Assembly (NCBI GenBank): GCA_964658305.1
Contig: OZ210885.1
Location: forward strand, 9,610,001 to 9,674,000
From: Leptogorgia sarmentosa
Taxonomy: Eukaryota
Length of the DNA stretch: 64,000 bases
Direction: 5' to 3'
The first letter of the stretch is position 1. The number at the start of each line of letters is the position of its first letter. Shown here in pieces: positions 23,714 through 34,928 of the stretch. Below the pieces are notes generated by a model. It saw nothing but the letters and a program-made list of their open reading frames with translations. It was not told the DNA's origin and did not search any database. The translations under genes and the position numbers were made by a program.

Positions 23714-23787
23714 TCCCATGTAGTCCAATGGACAGGATATCTGGCGCTCTCACCGCCAAGGCCCGGGTTGGATTCCCGGCATGGGAA
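23714..23787 (+). pseudogene. tRNA-Glu(CTC), degenerate
   Basis: tggcgctCTCaccgcca anticodon arm; T loop ttgga instead of ttcga; altered D arm. Confidence 0.65.
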
Positions 23788-24189
23788 TAACACTTGCGAG
23801 AGAAGGGAAAACTATGCAATTCGAGAAATTAGCAAAACCATTGCTATTATAATATCTCTATCCCTCTTACTCATTCTTTTGGTGTTTTCGGTATTGAAGC
23901 CTTTGTTGTCATGATTTTGCTTTTCCAAAACAGTTTCCTGGAATTCTAACCCAGAATATTTTCATTTCGTTGCATTTCAATTTCAATTTCGTTGCATTTC
24001 AGTTGCATAACCTTAATACAATAAAAACGGGATTTCTTTCCTTTGATTTTGTAAATGGAAAACTTGTACATTGAATCTGTCACTTTAAACACTAAGCCAT
24101 CACCACCGAAAACAGAACTTCCTCTCATCGAGTTTTCCAAAAAAATTCATGTTTATACTCGAGGCCAAAATTTTAAAGACTTTGCATAA

Positions 24190-24271
24190 CGTAGTCGGCA
24201 GGATTTGAACCTGCGCGGGAAACTCCCAACAGATTTCTAGTCTGTCGCCTTAACCGCTCGGCCACGACTAC
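24190..24271 (-). tRNA. tRNA-Ser-AGA: tRNA-Ser(AGA)
   Basis: Canonical 82 nt, loop ctAGAaa. Confidence 0.92.
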
Positions 24272-24444
24272 GTTGCTACAACCAACAGGTTTCGCGTTGT
24301 TCAACTAAACATTCACATCTACAGCTGACCTACACTCTCAGCGCCATACTGTGAACAATATGTAGAATAGTGAGAAGAGGTTATACCGATGCGTGGGGCC
24401 TGAGCCCAAGGTTGCGTGCGAATAAAATGGATTCTTTAGGGTGT

Positions 24445-24612
24445 CGTCAGCTGAGGATTAACAAGGTCTATCTGCATTCTAAGTAGTTGGGAGAAGATCA
24501 CTTTTAATATAAATTTTAGTATACAACTGTGGTTGAGATTTTGGAAAGTTCAGAAGTGATCTTCTCCCAACTACTCAGAATGTAGATAGACCTTGTTAAT
24601 CCTCAGCTGACG
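24445..24612. mobile_element. Fold-back MITE with ~58-bp TIR
   Basis: cgtcagctgaggattaacaaggtctatct... / ...agatagaccttgttaatcctcagctgacg; absent from the paralogous site at ~20300; possible 4-bp TSD gtgt/gggt. Confidence 0.75.
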
Positions 24613-24940
24613 GGGTTTCTTTCTTAATAATATACGTAAATGATAGCTCGACTGTGATTGGTTTATTTCAGTGCAGTAAATCCCAAATCATAGTATAATT
24701 TTGTGTAATCACAGTGCCATTTTCTGTTACCACTTTGAACCAATTAAATTAGAGCTCAAGCTACAGATTGCTTCAAAACAAAACAAACATAGCGGACGCG
24801 CTAAACAAAGCAAAAATTGTCTTCGGATCGAAAATATAGCTTTTATCTTCTCTTCACATCCAACGGCAATAATAAACAGAACTTCAACGGTCACGATTTC
24901 CGTAATGGTAATAACAATACTTTTGGCTGTATGAAACAGA

Positions 24941-25012
24941 TGCCGTGACCAGGATTCGAACCTGGGTTATTGCGACCACAACGCAATGTACTAACCACTA
25001 TACGATCACGGC
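24941..25012 (-). tRNA. tRNA-His-GTG: tRNA-His(GTG)
   Basis: Minus strand gccgtgatcgtatagtggttagtacattgcgttGTGgtcgcaa... Confidence 0.88.
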
Positions 25013-25127
25013 GACGTCGCTGCAAAATTGGAAAATGTTTTGGAAGGGCTGAGATATTACATTAATTAATCCCATATTTTTCTTCGTCAGTACAAATTAC
25101 ATTAGAGAACTTTTTGATACCATCAAT

Positions 25128-25199
25128 GGCTTGCTGGTCTAGTGGTATGATTCTCGCTTAGGGTGCGAGAGGTCACGGGTTCGATTCCCGTGCAAGCCC
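25128..25199 (+). tRNA. tRNA-Pro-AGG: tRNA-Pro(AGG)
   Basis: ggcttgctggtctagtggtatgattctcgcttAGGgtgcgag...ttcgattcccgtgcaagccc. Confidence 0.9.
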
Positions 25200-25322
25200 T
25201 TAGTTAATTAACCATGTAAGACGTTCTCTTTTTTGAAAGCTTCCGCAAATCCTTAGAAAACCCCGCGCAAAAAATTCCGTTACATTTACCGTCACGACGT
25301 CTGAACAACATCACAACAAACA

Positions 25323-25348
25323 CGTCCCTGGTTGGACTCGAACCAAAA

Positions 25349-25383
<35 letters not shown>

Positions 25384-25397
25384 AACGCCACAGAGAT
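25323..25397 (-). pseudogene. tRNA-Asn(GTT), degenerate
   Basis: Anticodon arm ttcggctGTTaaccgaa intact; T stem and first base altered. Confidence 0.65.
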
Positions 25398-26034
25398 CTA
25401 CTCCGTTGAAAACCTTCCGAAGAGAAATATAAAAATAATGGTATTTTTGGTCAAAATCTGATTTTTTGCCAAGGCCACATCCAACGGCATGAAATAATTA
25501 TATTGGAACCACGAAATGGCACCACAAATTTCGGATAATAAATATCTAATTAAACTGAATAAATGTATTTTTCTATTAGACCGCTCGGCCAACCTGACAC
25601 TCATGAAAACATGGAATTTCCTACAACATTTATTCTTTGATACCTTCAACATGCCACACTCCGTTCTAATTCTTTCCCTTGAGAATTTACCTGACCCAAA
25701 TACGTGAAAAGGGTACACATTATTTTATTACAATTTTTTCTATAATCCCATTTAAAATCAAACGATTTTAATGGCATTGGGAAACTTGAATGGTCACCGG
25801 AAATACTGTGTTCAAGTCATTTTTGTATTATCTTGTTAGCGTTTTCGATGGTGAAATTGAGGGTTTGCTATACATTTCGTGTAGTGCACTGGTCACTGTA
25901 TGCGTCTCACACTGGAAGGACCCCAGTTTAAGTCTAGCTTGGACCTACATGGCCTTTAACTTGCTTCATATTTTTTGTTTCATCGATTCACATCTCCGAA
26001 ACTTTGTCTCTGTTTTGTAATTTTCTTCCAATTC

Positions 26035-26107
26035 GTTTCTGTAGTGTAGTGGTTATCACGTGCGCCTCACACGCGCAAGGTCCTCAGTTCGAACCTGGGC
26101 GGAAACA
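26035..26107 (+). tRNA. tRNA-Val-CAC: tRNA-Val(CAC)
   Basis: gtttctgtagtgtagtggttatcacgtgcgcctCACacgcgca...gggcggaaaca. Confidence 0.88.
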
Positions 26108-26221
26108 TACATATGAGCTTTTTTGACTGCAGATATGTTTTTCATTGGAATTTTTCCGTAAAAAAGGAAAAAAATTCATTAAAGTGAATACATCTATTTC
26201 TATATGTCCGCGCATACGTCA

Positions 26222-26294
26222 GTTTCCGTAGTGTAGTGGTTATCACATGCGCTTAACACGCGCAAGGTCCTCAGTTCGAACCTGGGCGGAAACA
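26222..26294 (+). tRNA. tRNA-Val-AAC: tRNA-Val(AAC)
   Basis: gtttccgtagtgtagtggttatcacatgcgcttAACacgcgca... Confidence 0.88.
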
Positions 26295-26436
26295 TTTATA
26301 TGACCTTTTTTAAATGGAGAAATTTTTTTCACTGGAATTTTTCAGTAAAAAACAAGAAACATTTCTTGGTGATATCGAATTTGTGTAAATAGATCAGCTT
26401 TGCAATGAAATGTTCTCAATTTTTTTGTAAATTTGT

Positions 26437-26560
26437 TGTCAGGAGTGGGATTCGAACCCACGACCACATGTGTGGACCAGAACGCCCTATTATGTCAAGG
26501 TTGATCGTGACAAGTTTTTGCACTTGAGTCTGGCGCCTTAGACCGCTCGGCCATCCTGAC
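26437..26560 (-). tRNA. tRNA-Leu-CAA: tRNA-Leu(CAA) with 40-nt intron
   Basis: Reverse complement of 21932-22055. Confidence 0.9.
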
Positions 26561-26823
26561 ACACATGAAAACATGCAATTTCCTACCACATTTATTCTTT
26601 GCTACCTTCAACATTCTACATCCCGTTCTGATTTTCTCTCGAGAACTGACGTGAGCCGAATACGAGTATTCCTTCAGTAACTAAATTATCAAGTTCACCT
26701 TCACATTGATTTTGTTCTTGGGTCAATTTGTTTCAATTGACTCTGAATTGCCAAATGAATGGGGGAAGAGAAATGTAATACAATTCGCTGCATTATGAAA
26801 AAATCAAATGTAATGTCTAAAAT

Positions 26824-26895
26824 AGGCTCTGCCGAGACTTGAACTCGGATCGCTGGATTCAAAGTCCAAAGTGCTAACCATTACACCACAGAACC
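26824..26895 (-). tRNA. tRNA-Gln-TTG: tRNA-Gln(TTG)
   Basis: Minus strand ggttctgtggtgtaatggttagcactttggactTTGaatccag...ttcaagtctcggcagagcct; fragments of the same gene at ~18760 and ~19287. Confidence 0.85.
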
Positions 26896-27049
26896 TTAAC
26901 ACGATCATGACAATGTTTCCGAGTTGTTTCACGTTTCTTCCTTTCTCGTTTAACGAAAGGCACCATTTCAAACGATGAGGATGTTTACTAAAGAGAAAAT
27001 ATATAATCAGTACGCTCCTAGGTTGTGAACTAATAGACGCTGACCTATC

Positions 27050-27440
27050 AGATCGAAAGGCTTCCTGAAGTGAAATAGCATAGATACCATCCGGTCCCGT
27101 TGATTTACTTGTGTTAGTAAGATTTTAAAAATCTGAATTTCCCAGACTTGAAAATCCTGCGCAGGCATTACTATCAAGGTTGACTATTCGAAAGTAAACG
27201 AGTAAACTCTTTCATCGGTGCCGCTTATTTCCCTTTCGTAAACGGTCGTTGCCTTCCGAAACGCCCGATGCCTTCCCTGCTTTCTTTTTAAATGTTACAT
27301 AATGCCTTCCAAGTATAAACACTTTTGTTTTCAAAGATTTTCAGCGAAAATTGCGTCGGCACCAAGATTGTATTTTTAAACAAGGCCCTTACTGAACTTG
27401 TTTGTATAACTTTTCTCTTTTTTCTCCTTTATTGTATGAG
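27050..27440 (-). pseudogene. Degenerate non-LTR retrotransposon RT-region fragment (related copy at 28370-28725)
   Basis: Minus-strand translations give SKSTGPDGI (~27090) and LPQSWKHADVVLIPKK (ORF 28325-28540), typical pre-RT motifs. Confidence 0.65.
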
Positions 27441-27441
27441 G

Positions 27442-27494
27442 GAATTTCCCAACAGATTTCAAGTCTGTCGCCTTAAACACTCGGCCACCACTAC
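27442..27494 (-). pseudogene. tRNA-Ser(TGA), 3'-truncated
   Basis: Mirror of 21270-21322; abuts the LINE fragment. Confidence 0.75.
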
Positions 27495-27619
27495 GTTCGC
27501 ATTAGTATTGGCTTGCACTTCGAACTGGATAAATCTTCAATCTGGCAGTAAAATCCAACGAAATATTTTTGTAATTAACAGCAGGACTAATCGTTTTCAA
27601 GTATTAGTGGATATATTTA

Positions 27620-28071
27620 CAGGGGCGCCGGAAGCCATCCGAAGCGGCGGGGGCAGCCATTTAAAAAGGGCACCTTTTTCTAGACATTAAATGTTCCTGT
27701 GCGGTAATGTTCGGTAAGATTTTCCTATATGGATACTGGACCACACTGCACAAGATGTTTTTATATAAAATAAATTCGATCCTATCTTATTTTACGTATT
27801 ACTTTACATTGAATTATATTTAAGAAACTCAATTACATCTTTTAACGCTAATAATGCATGATTAATGAAATATCCTTCATATCCTCCATGTGGAAAAGGG
27901 CAACGCGTTCCCCCCGCACTGCCCCCGCACTGCCCCCGCACTGCCCCCGCACTGCCCCCGCACTGCCCCCGCACTGCCCCCGCACTGCCCCCGCGCACCG
28001 TAAGGGCAACGCGGGCAGCTGCCCCCGCTGCCCCCGCTGCCCCCGCTGCCCCCGTGCTTCCGGCGCCCCTG
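27620..28071. mobile_element. hAT-type MITE with internal GC-rich minisatellites
   Basis: TIR caggggcgccggaagc / gcttccggcgcccctg; 8-bp TSD tatattta; empty site at ~20826 and ~30352; (cccccgcactg)x7 and (cccccgctg)x3-4 inside. Confidence 0.92.
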
Positions 28072-28165
28072 TATATTTAGCACGAATCGTTGTATGTGGG
28101 TCGAATATTTCCCATCAAGCAGCTTTATTGAATTTGAAAGTTTTTCAGTTTTTAGCAAAGGTAAA

Positions 28166-28237
28166 AAGGAGCGGGCGGGTTTGAACCACCGACCTCTCGA
28201 TCTGCAGTCGAATGCTCTACCACTGAACTACACTCCC
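28166..28237 (-). tRNA. tRNA-Cys-GCA: tRNA-Cys(GCA)
   Basis: Mirror of 20669-20740 with a D-stem C>T. Confidence 0.78.
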
Positions 28238-28811
28238 TGTGTAGTCGACTAGGTTAACTAGGTACCTATGCTTTCAAACGCAGCTATAATCAATTCACGG
28301 ACGTCTTTTTGTTCATTTCAACATTCAAATACAAAATCTTTTTTGGCTTGTTTCATAGCCAAACATTTCAGCCCTCTGCGACTTTCGACATGTGGCGGTT
28401 AACATGATAACATCACGTACTGGTTCTTTTTTCGGAATTAGTACAACATCAGCGTGTTTCCAAGATTGTGGGAGACCGCCTTCGCGATACGACTTATACA
28501 CAATTTCTGCAATGGGTATCTTGTGTAAAAATATCGGCATTCAATTTCTCAAGGCGGCCTTCCCTGCTCGCTTTTTAAATGGTACATAATGCCTTCCATT
28601 ATGAATATTTTTGTTTTCAAATATTTTCAGCGAAAGTTGCATCGGCACCAAGATAGCTTTTTTAAAAAAGGTTCTTACTGAACTTTCTTTTATAACTTTC
28701 CTCTTTTTACTCTTTTATTGCATGCTACAACAACGGCTGAGATATTACATTAATCCCAAATTTTTCTTCGTCAGTACAAAGTACATTAGAGAACATTTTC
28801 ATACCACCAAT

Positions 28812-28883
28812 GGCTTGCTGGTCTAGTGGTATGATTCTCGCTTTGGGTGCGAGAGATCACGGGTTCGATTCCCGTGCAAGCCC
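28812..28883 (+). tRNA. tRNA-Pro-TGG: tRNA-Pro(TGG)
   Basis: Same body and flanks as 25128-25199, but loop ttTGGgt. Confidence 0.85.
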
Positions 28884-29005
28884 TAGTTAATTAACCAAGT
28901 AAGACGTTCTCTTTTTTGAAAGATTCCATAAATCCTTAGAAAACCTCGCGCAAAAATTTCGGTTACATTTACCGTCACGACGTCTGAATAACATCACACC
29001 AAACA

Positions 29006-29088
29006 CGTCCCTGGTTGGACTCGAACCACCAACAACCTTTCGGTTTCGGTGAACAGCCGAACGCGCTAACTGATTGCGCCACAGAGAC
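29006..29088 (-). pseudogene. tRNA-Asn, with small duplications
   Basis: Paralog of 25323-25397 with ttcggt duplicated. Confidence 0.65.
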
Positions 29089-29134
29089 TGACTCCATTGA
29101 AAAACTTCCGAAAAGAAATATAAAAATAATGGAT

Positions 29135-29596
29135 ATTATTATACATTTAATATTTATTCTCGTTCCTGATTAGTCAGAAAGCACCGGCTAATTCTCAGTA
29201 TTCGGCATTTTTTACGTATTTTCCGCCGATGACGTCATCGGCGTCCAATAATTATTTTTTTGGATCGAACTTGCATCCAAAAGAAATATTATTGGACTCT
29301 CTCGTGCCCAAGCCCTTGCGCTGTCAAAAGCTTGAAGCTAAAAGCGCGCGAAAAAACAAACAAACAGTGGCCAGCAGCAGATTTGCTTCGCTAAATGAAA
29401 GTGAACTCTCCAAATTACCGTGTCTTTTAAATGTATAATAAAACAATTATTGGATTCGGCTTTCGCATGATATCAAGAATTATTCAGACCTCGGTCAATG
29501 TTATCCGCCTCAGCTTCGCTTCGGCAGATAACATTGACCTCGGTCTGAATAATTCTTGATATCATGCTTAGCCTCATCCAATAACTGTTTATTATT
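29135..29596. mobile_element. Crypton-like non-autonomous element with ~70-bp-arm terminal hairpin
   Basis: Hairpin 29441-29590 with a gcttcgcttcggc apex; ctgattagtc motif; remnant peptide ASSRFASLNESEL resembles N-termini I associate with Crypton/DUF3504-type proteins; tattat(t) repeated at both ends; empty site at ~31690. Confidence 0.65.
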
Positions 29597-29690
29597 TTTG
29601 GTCAAAAATCTCATTTTATGCCAAAGGAAATCCAACGGCAATAATAAACAGAACTTCAACGGTGACGATGCTCGTAATCGTGAATACAAT

Positions 29691-30286
29691 AGAGACCTTT
29701 AGATTTCCGGCTTGGACGTCAAACGGCTAACCGCGAACCGCGGTTAGCCGTTTGCGGTTAGCGGTTTGCCGTATAACATGTCATTCGCATTTAGTTTTTA
29801 GAACTTTTCAGTTTTTTTCAAAAAAAACTGTTGACATAGCATTCCAAAGAACAAGATTCTTGAAAGATAGTTAAACTATTCCTACATTTTAAGTGGTTAA
29901 AATATCTTCGTTATATTATTGATAAAATGCAATACAACTTTAATATATAAGTTGTAAATATATTGCAGCCATTTTGAATACATGCTATTCTAGTGAGCAC
30001 TTCAAATTCGAGAAATAAACATGCTTAAAAGATTTAATCGACCTCAGTCATTATTTATATTTAAAGACTAAACGTATACGGCAACAAAAATAGACTACAA
30101 TTACACGAGATAATTCGTCAAAATAGATATAAAAAGCTTGAGGGAAATGATTTACGTGAAAAACCTCTCCTGTCGTTGAAAACCTCAAGAATATACGGCA
30201 AACGCAACCGCTGGGATGTAGTCACGTGGTTTCTTCACGTTTGCGGTTTGACGTTTCAGCCAAAAAACGAATATCTAAATGTCCCT
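29691..30286. mobile_element. PIF/Harbinger-like MITE
   Basis: Imperfect TIR agagacctttagat / atctaaatgtccct; 3-bp aat duplication; empty sites acaatactttt at ~24914 and ~31792. Confidence 0.7.
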
Positions 30287-30460
30287 AATACTTTTTGCTG
30301 TTTGACACAGATGCCGAGACCAGGATTCGAAAGTTTTCAAGTATTGGTGGATATATTTAACACGAATCGTAGCATATACATCGTAACCCTTTGGGTGACA
30401 TATTTCCCATCAGCCCGCTTTGAGGAATTTGAAAGGTTTCCAGTTTATAGGTATGATAAG

Positions 30461-30532
30461 AAGGAATGGGCGGGTTTGAACCACCGACCTCTCGATCTGC
30501 AGTCGAATGCTCTACCACTGAGCTACACTCCC
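30461..30532 (-). tRNA. tRNA-Cys-GCA: tRNA-Cys(GCA)
   Basis: Third Cys copy, loop ctGCAga. Confidence 0.8.
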
Positions 30533-30835
30533 TGTGTAGTCGACAAGGTTAATTACGTACATGTGATTTCAAACGCAGCTATAATCAATTCACGGACCTT
30601 TGTTCTTTCAATTTTACATTCAAATACAAAATCTTTTTGGGCATGTTTCATAACCTTAATGCAATAAAAAACGCGACTTCTTTCCGTTGATTTTGTAGAT
30701 GGAAAACTTGGCATTGAATCTGTCACTTTAAACACTCAGCCACCACCACCGAGAACACAACTTCCTGTCATCGAGTTTTTCCCCAAAACAATTCATGTTT
30801 ATCTTCGAGGCCAAAATTTTAAAGACTTTGCATGA

Positions 30836-30917
30836 CGTAGTCGGCAGGATTTGAACCTGCGCGGGAAACTCCCAACAGATTTCTAGTCTGTCGCCTTTAC
30901 CGCTCGGCCACGACTAC
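30836..30917 (-). tRNA. tRNA-Ser-AGA: tRNA-Ser(AGA)
   Basis: Near-identical to 24190-24271. Confidence 0.85.
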
Positions 30918-31240
30918 GTTGCTACAACCAACCGGTTTCACGTTGTTCATTAATGAACATTCACATCCACCTTCAACTGACCTACACACTCTCATCGCTA
31001 CACTCTGAACAATAGAAACTTTCTATTTTGAGGTCTTTGCAAAACTCACTCGTGCAAGTTAATTCCAAATTCCACTCGAAACCATTGTATTAGCAATACT
31101 TATTTTTTTTCCAAACGTAGTGAAATGGTGGAAAGATATGAAACTTGAACTAAAATATATAGAATGCTACCTACCTGTGCAGGAACATGCCTGAACTTGC
31201 CTGAAGCCACATTTTACCTCCAGACACGCGTGTCAACTTT

Positions 31241-31311
31241 GCGTTGGTGGTTCAGTGGTAGAATTCTCGCCTGCCACCCTTGAGACCGGGGCTTGATTCA
31301 CAGCAAACGCA
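31241..31311 (+). pseudogene. tRNA-Gly(GCC), degenerate 3' half
   Basis: 5' 37 nt identical to the Gly copies; anticodon stem and T arm disrupted. Confidence 0.75.
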
Positions 31312-31395
31312 GAATGTTTTCATTTTGTTTCATTTCAATTGCAACTCGAGAAAAAATGTGGGTTCGTAACACAGACATGATCGTGATATTCTAAC

Positions 31396-31482
31396 TCCCA
31401 TGTGGTCTAGTGGTTAGGATCTGGCGTTTTAGGATCTGGCGTTTTCACCGCCATGGCCCGGGTTCGATTCCCGGCGTGGGAA
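31396..31482 (+). pseudogene. tRNA-Glu(TTC) with a 15-bp internal tandem duplication
   Basis: ttaggatctggcgtt repeated; otherwise complete (72+15 nt). Confidence 0.8.
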
Positions 31483-31571
31483 ATTTTTCCGACAATTTCG
31501 AATTTATAGCAAGCCCTTAAATATTCGATAACATTTACCGTCACGCCATCTGAATAACATCACACCAAACA

Positions 31572-31605
31572 CGTCCCTGGTTGGATTCGAACCAACAACC
31601 TTTAA

Positions 31606-31644
<39 letters not shown>

Positions 31645-31650
31645 AAAGAC
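31572..31650 (-). pseudogene. tRNA-Asn(GTT) with a 5-nt insertion
   Basis: Paralog of 25323 and 29006. Confidence 0.7.
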
Positions 31651-31818
31651 TGATACAATTGAAAAGCTTCAGAAAAGAAATATAAAATAATGGATATTAT
31701 TTTGGTCAAAATCTGTTTTTTGGCCAAGACCACTGCATCCAACGCAATAATAAACACTACTTCAACGGTGACGATGCCCGCAATGATGATTACAATACTT
31801 TTTTGTGTTTGAAACAGA

Positions 31819-31890
31819 TGCCGTGACCAGGATTCGAACCTGGGTTATTGCGGCCACAACGCAATGTACTAACCACTGTACGATCACGGC
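31819..31890 (-). tRNA. tRNA-His-GTG: tRNA-His(GTG)
   Basis: Near-identical to 24941-25012. Confidence 0.85.
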
Positions 31891-34800
31891 GATATTAATC
31901 CCATATTTTTCTTGCTCAGTACCAAGTACATTACAGAATATTTCGATACCATCAATGATACCGTCACGACGCCTGAATAATCACCAAACACGTCTCTGGT
32001 TCGGTGGAGCAAAAGCTCCCCCTCTCTGCGAAAGCTTGCGAAGATGCACACGCAGAAATCATGCAAAAGTATAATAGCTCAAATGAATACATGAACGTCA
32101 CAAAACTGATAAAAACGCATCTTGAAAAAGTTAAAAAATGATATAATTCCTTTTTCTAGGCAGTTCACGAAATGTCAAGATCGGGACAATTCCTGACCTT
32201 TAATTTTTCCATTTTATATTCTTTATAATTATAACCCGAAATGTCTGATGTGTGACAGCTGTAAGCTGAACCCTATTGCATGGGCTTACACTCAAGTGAG
32301 ATCTTAACTTAGGTAGCTAAGCTAGGTTATGGAATATTGTATTTCAAGATTCCTAGCTATTTGAGCTATGATTTCGAAGTTTTGAAGTTTAGAGTTTTAA
32401 CGTTCACGTGAAAACCTCAGTTGAATTAGCTGGGTAAATATGAAGCCCAGGCCAGGATAGACAGCTTGTCTTTTGGATTAACAAAATCCATGCATGCATG
32501 GATTAAATGCATGGATTAAAAAAATGACAAATTTTAATTAAAAAAATCTTTCATCCATATAAAACAAACATGTTGTGAGTCAATACGCGTCTACTATTAC
32601 AATTACGTGAATTTTAAAGATGGGGAAACTATTAATTTTACCTGACAGGTAATGCGTACACGTAGTTTGTGCAAGCAGTGGTTTATTCAAGTTGGGCAAA
32701 GAAATCGTGTGTTAATCTTCACTTGCGCAGTTTGTGGACTATACATAGGATACTCAACAGTACGCAAAGGTTAGTTACGGGAAAAAAAATAATTAGCATT
32801 GGCGAATTAATTTGGTGATCCTCAGATTAAGAGTAATTTCACTATCTCAATCTGCATGGGGACTCAATAATGATATTATACAAAATAGTCAAGGAGATAA
32901 TAATAATAATACTCACTTACAAAACATGGACCAACAGCTGCGATTTTGAGAAAGTCGCTAAAGATGCGACGGATTCAGAAACGCTGAACTAATTTTTGGT
33001 GCTGAATTGTTGAGGTTGTTTTTCACGTGTTCATGAAGTTTGAGCTCCTCCTTGGATTGAGGTTTGGTTGAGTTTACCGTTCTTGTTTACGGTATACAGA
33101 TATTCTTTATCCTGGATGGGAATTGTTGTGTTACATGTGGTATGTATTGACTGAAGTTGCTATGTCCCAATGCACATTCCGTGCTTCTTCCTGAATAGTT
33201 TCCTTTGTCAGATTTAAATACTGACATTCGGCTATTAATGGATGTAGATATAGGTTCTACGATATCCTGGAGTTGGTAATTTGATTTCTTGATGTGTTTA
33301 TATACGTATGAATGTAGGCATAGGCTATATAATGGAATGTCAGTGAGCTTTCTATTTACGGTATTATCCTTTGGTATAGTAAGTTGGAAAGTGACATTGT
33401 GTGGAGTGTCTATCACAAATAAATTTGTCTACACTGTAGACTTTAGTAAGCCATAATAATTCGAATAATGCTTTATGGGAACCAGTTTTTTAATTAACTT
33501 GTCCATTGTTTATTCCAATGGCTTCCTTGTTGAGACAGGACCGAATGACTTGTTCGCCTGTTTTGTTTTGGAAATATTATACTCTGAAAAACTTTACGGC
33601 CATGCAGGGCATAACGTGCAGTTCTGTTAATAGGAGATGCTTATCTTATTACGATAAATACAAAGTTAATCAAATGCACTGCTACTTCATTACCATGTAC
33701 TTGATTTCACAGACGGGAAAAGTTTCAGCTGATAGCATTGCATTACCGTAGTTGAATGAATTATCTGAAGGACAGCAATTTATGATGCTTTCCGTTCCCA
33801 GGTATTCAAATGAGTTGGGGATTATGAGATTAGCAAACGAAATGTAACTAAAAAAGCACTCTTTCTCCTTTCATAGTAACTATTCATACAAACACTCATA
33901 CAAACAGGCAAATACATATTAATTAATTTCAAAAAATGCAAATACATTATCACGAAGTTGATCTTTACAAAACTTTACTAAAATTTAAGGGAATTGGATA
34001 GTGCGGCACATTTAATTCAGTATTGAAGTCAAGTTTTCAAAATAATTCGTAGCTTTGGGGGGGGGGGGGCATTTTCGCGGCATTATCTTTCGAGCTACAG
34101 TATCAATCAAATCGGCATTTTTGGCTGTGGCGCTTTTATGGGCATTAAAAGTGATGTTTTTTCTAATGTTTTGTTGTGTATCAATAAACAACACTTCCAC
34201 AGAACGTCTAAATATATATATCATCGCCAGAAATTGGGGCATTGGAATCCCGATACATCCCTCAATTGTATACTCCCATTATCCCTATCAATCCCTGAAC
34301 TAGGATAGATAGGGATAATTTACGCACCGCAAGGAAATTGCTGCTTCGGTTGACAGATTAAACGAGAAAATTACTGAATTTAGAGAGTATATTTAACACG
34401 ATAGAGACATGAGGGCTTTCACGCGGGTTGCGTGGATTACGCGGGAAATTAAAAAACAAATTGAGTCTTTGAATGAATGCAATTAAACTCGATAAAATTT
34501 ATCTTTTTATTGTTCATGTAATAAATGGATGACCATATAGTTTTTAATAAAATTTCAATATCCGAGTGAACCGGGAGACTGGGGACAACGTATGCGTTCG
34601 TTCCAATGTCCGCCATTTCTAGCGATGTATCTAATAAAGAATTATATACAAGGCATACATTCTAACAGTGTAACGGTCAAAATATTTGCTAAACGCTCAT
34701 TTTTAAAATTTATCACTATGAAACTTGAAACTACGAAGAAAGTCAAAACTGTATTCGAAACATACGTTCCTTCGAAAGCAATCCAGAAATTACGCCAATT

Positions 34801-34928
34801 ACACCAGGGTATTTTCTTATGCCAAATTGAGCTCGACTTGGAATCACAAAACCTTGTTCTTACTACCCATTTCGTGATGCTATAATAATCATATCCTGAT
34901 ATATTCGTATTTTCTGCTTTCTTTCTAG

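Noticed and set aside
27804..28184. Pro/Ala/Gly-rich ORFs on both strands
   Set aside because: They are products of the GC minisatellite inside a hAT MITE.
19633..32074. ORFs overlapping tRNA genes (e.g. 19633-20007, 22772-23071, 30176-30667, 31805-32074)
   Set aside because: They are incidental frames across tRNA sequences with no protein features.
32920..33860. Possible decayed Penelope or other coding relic on the minus strand
   Set aside because: Coding-like composition, but multiple stops and no motif I can recognise.
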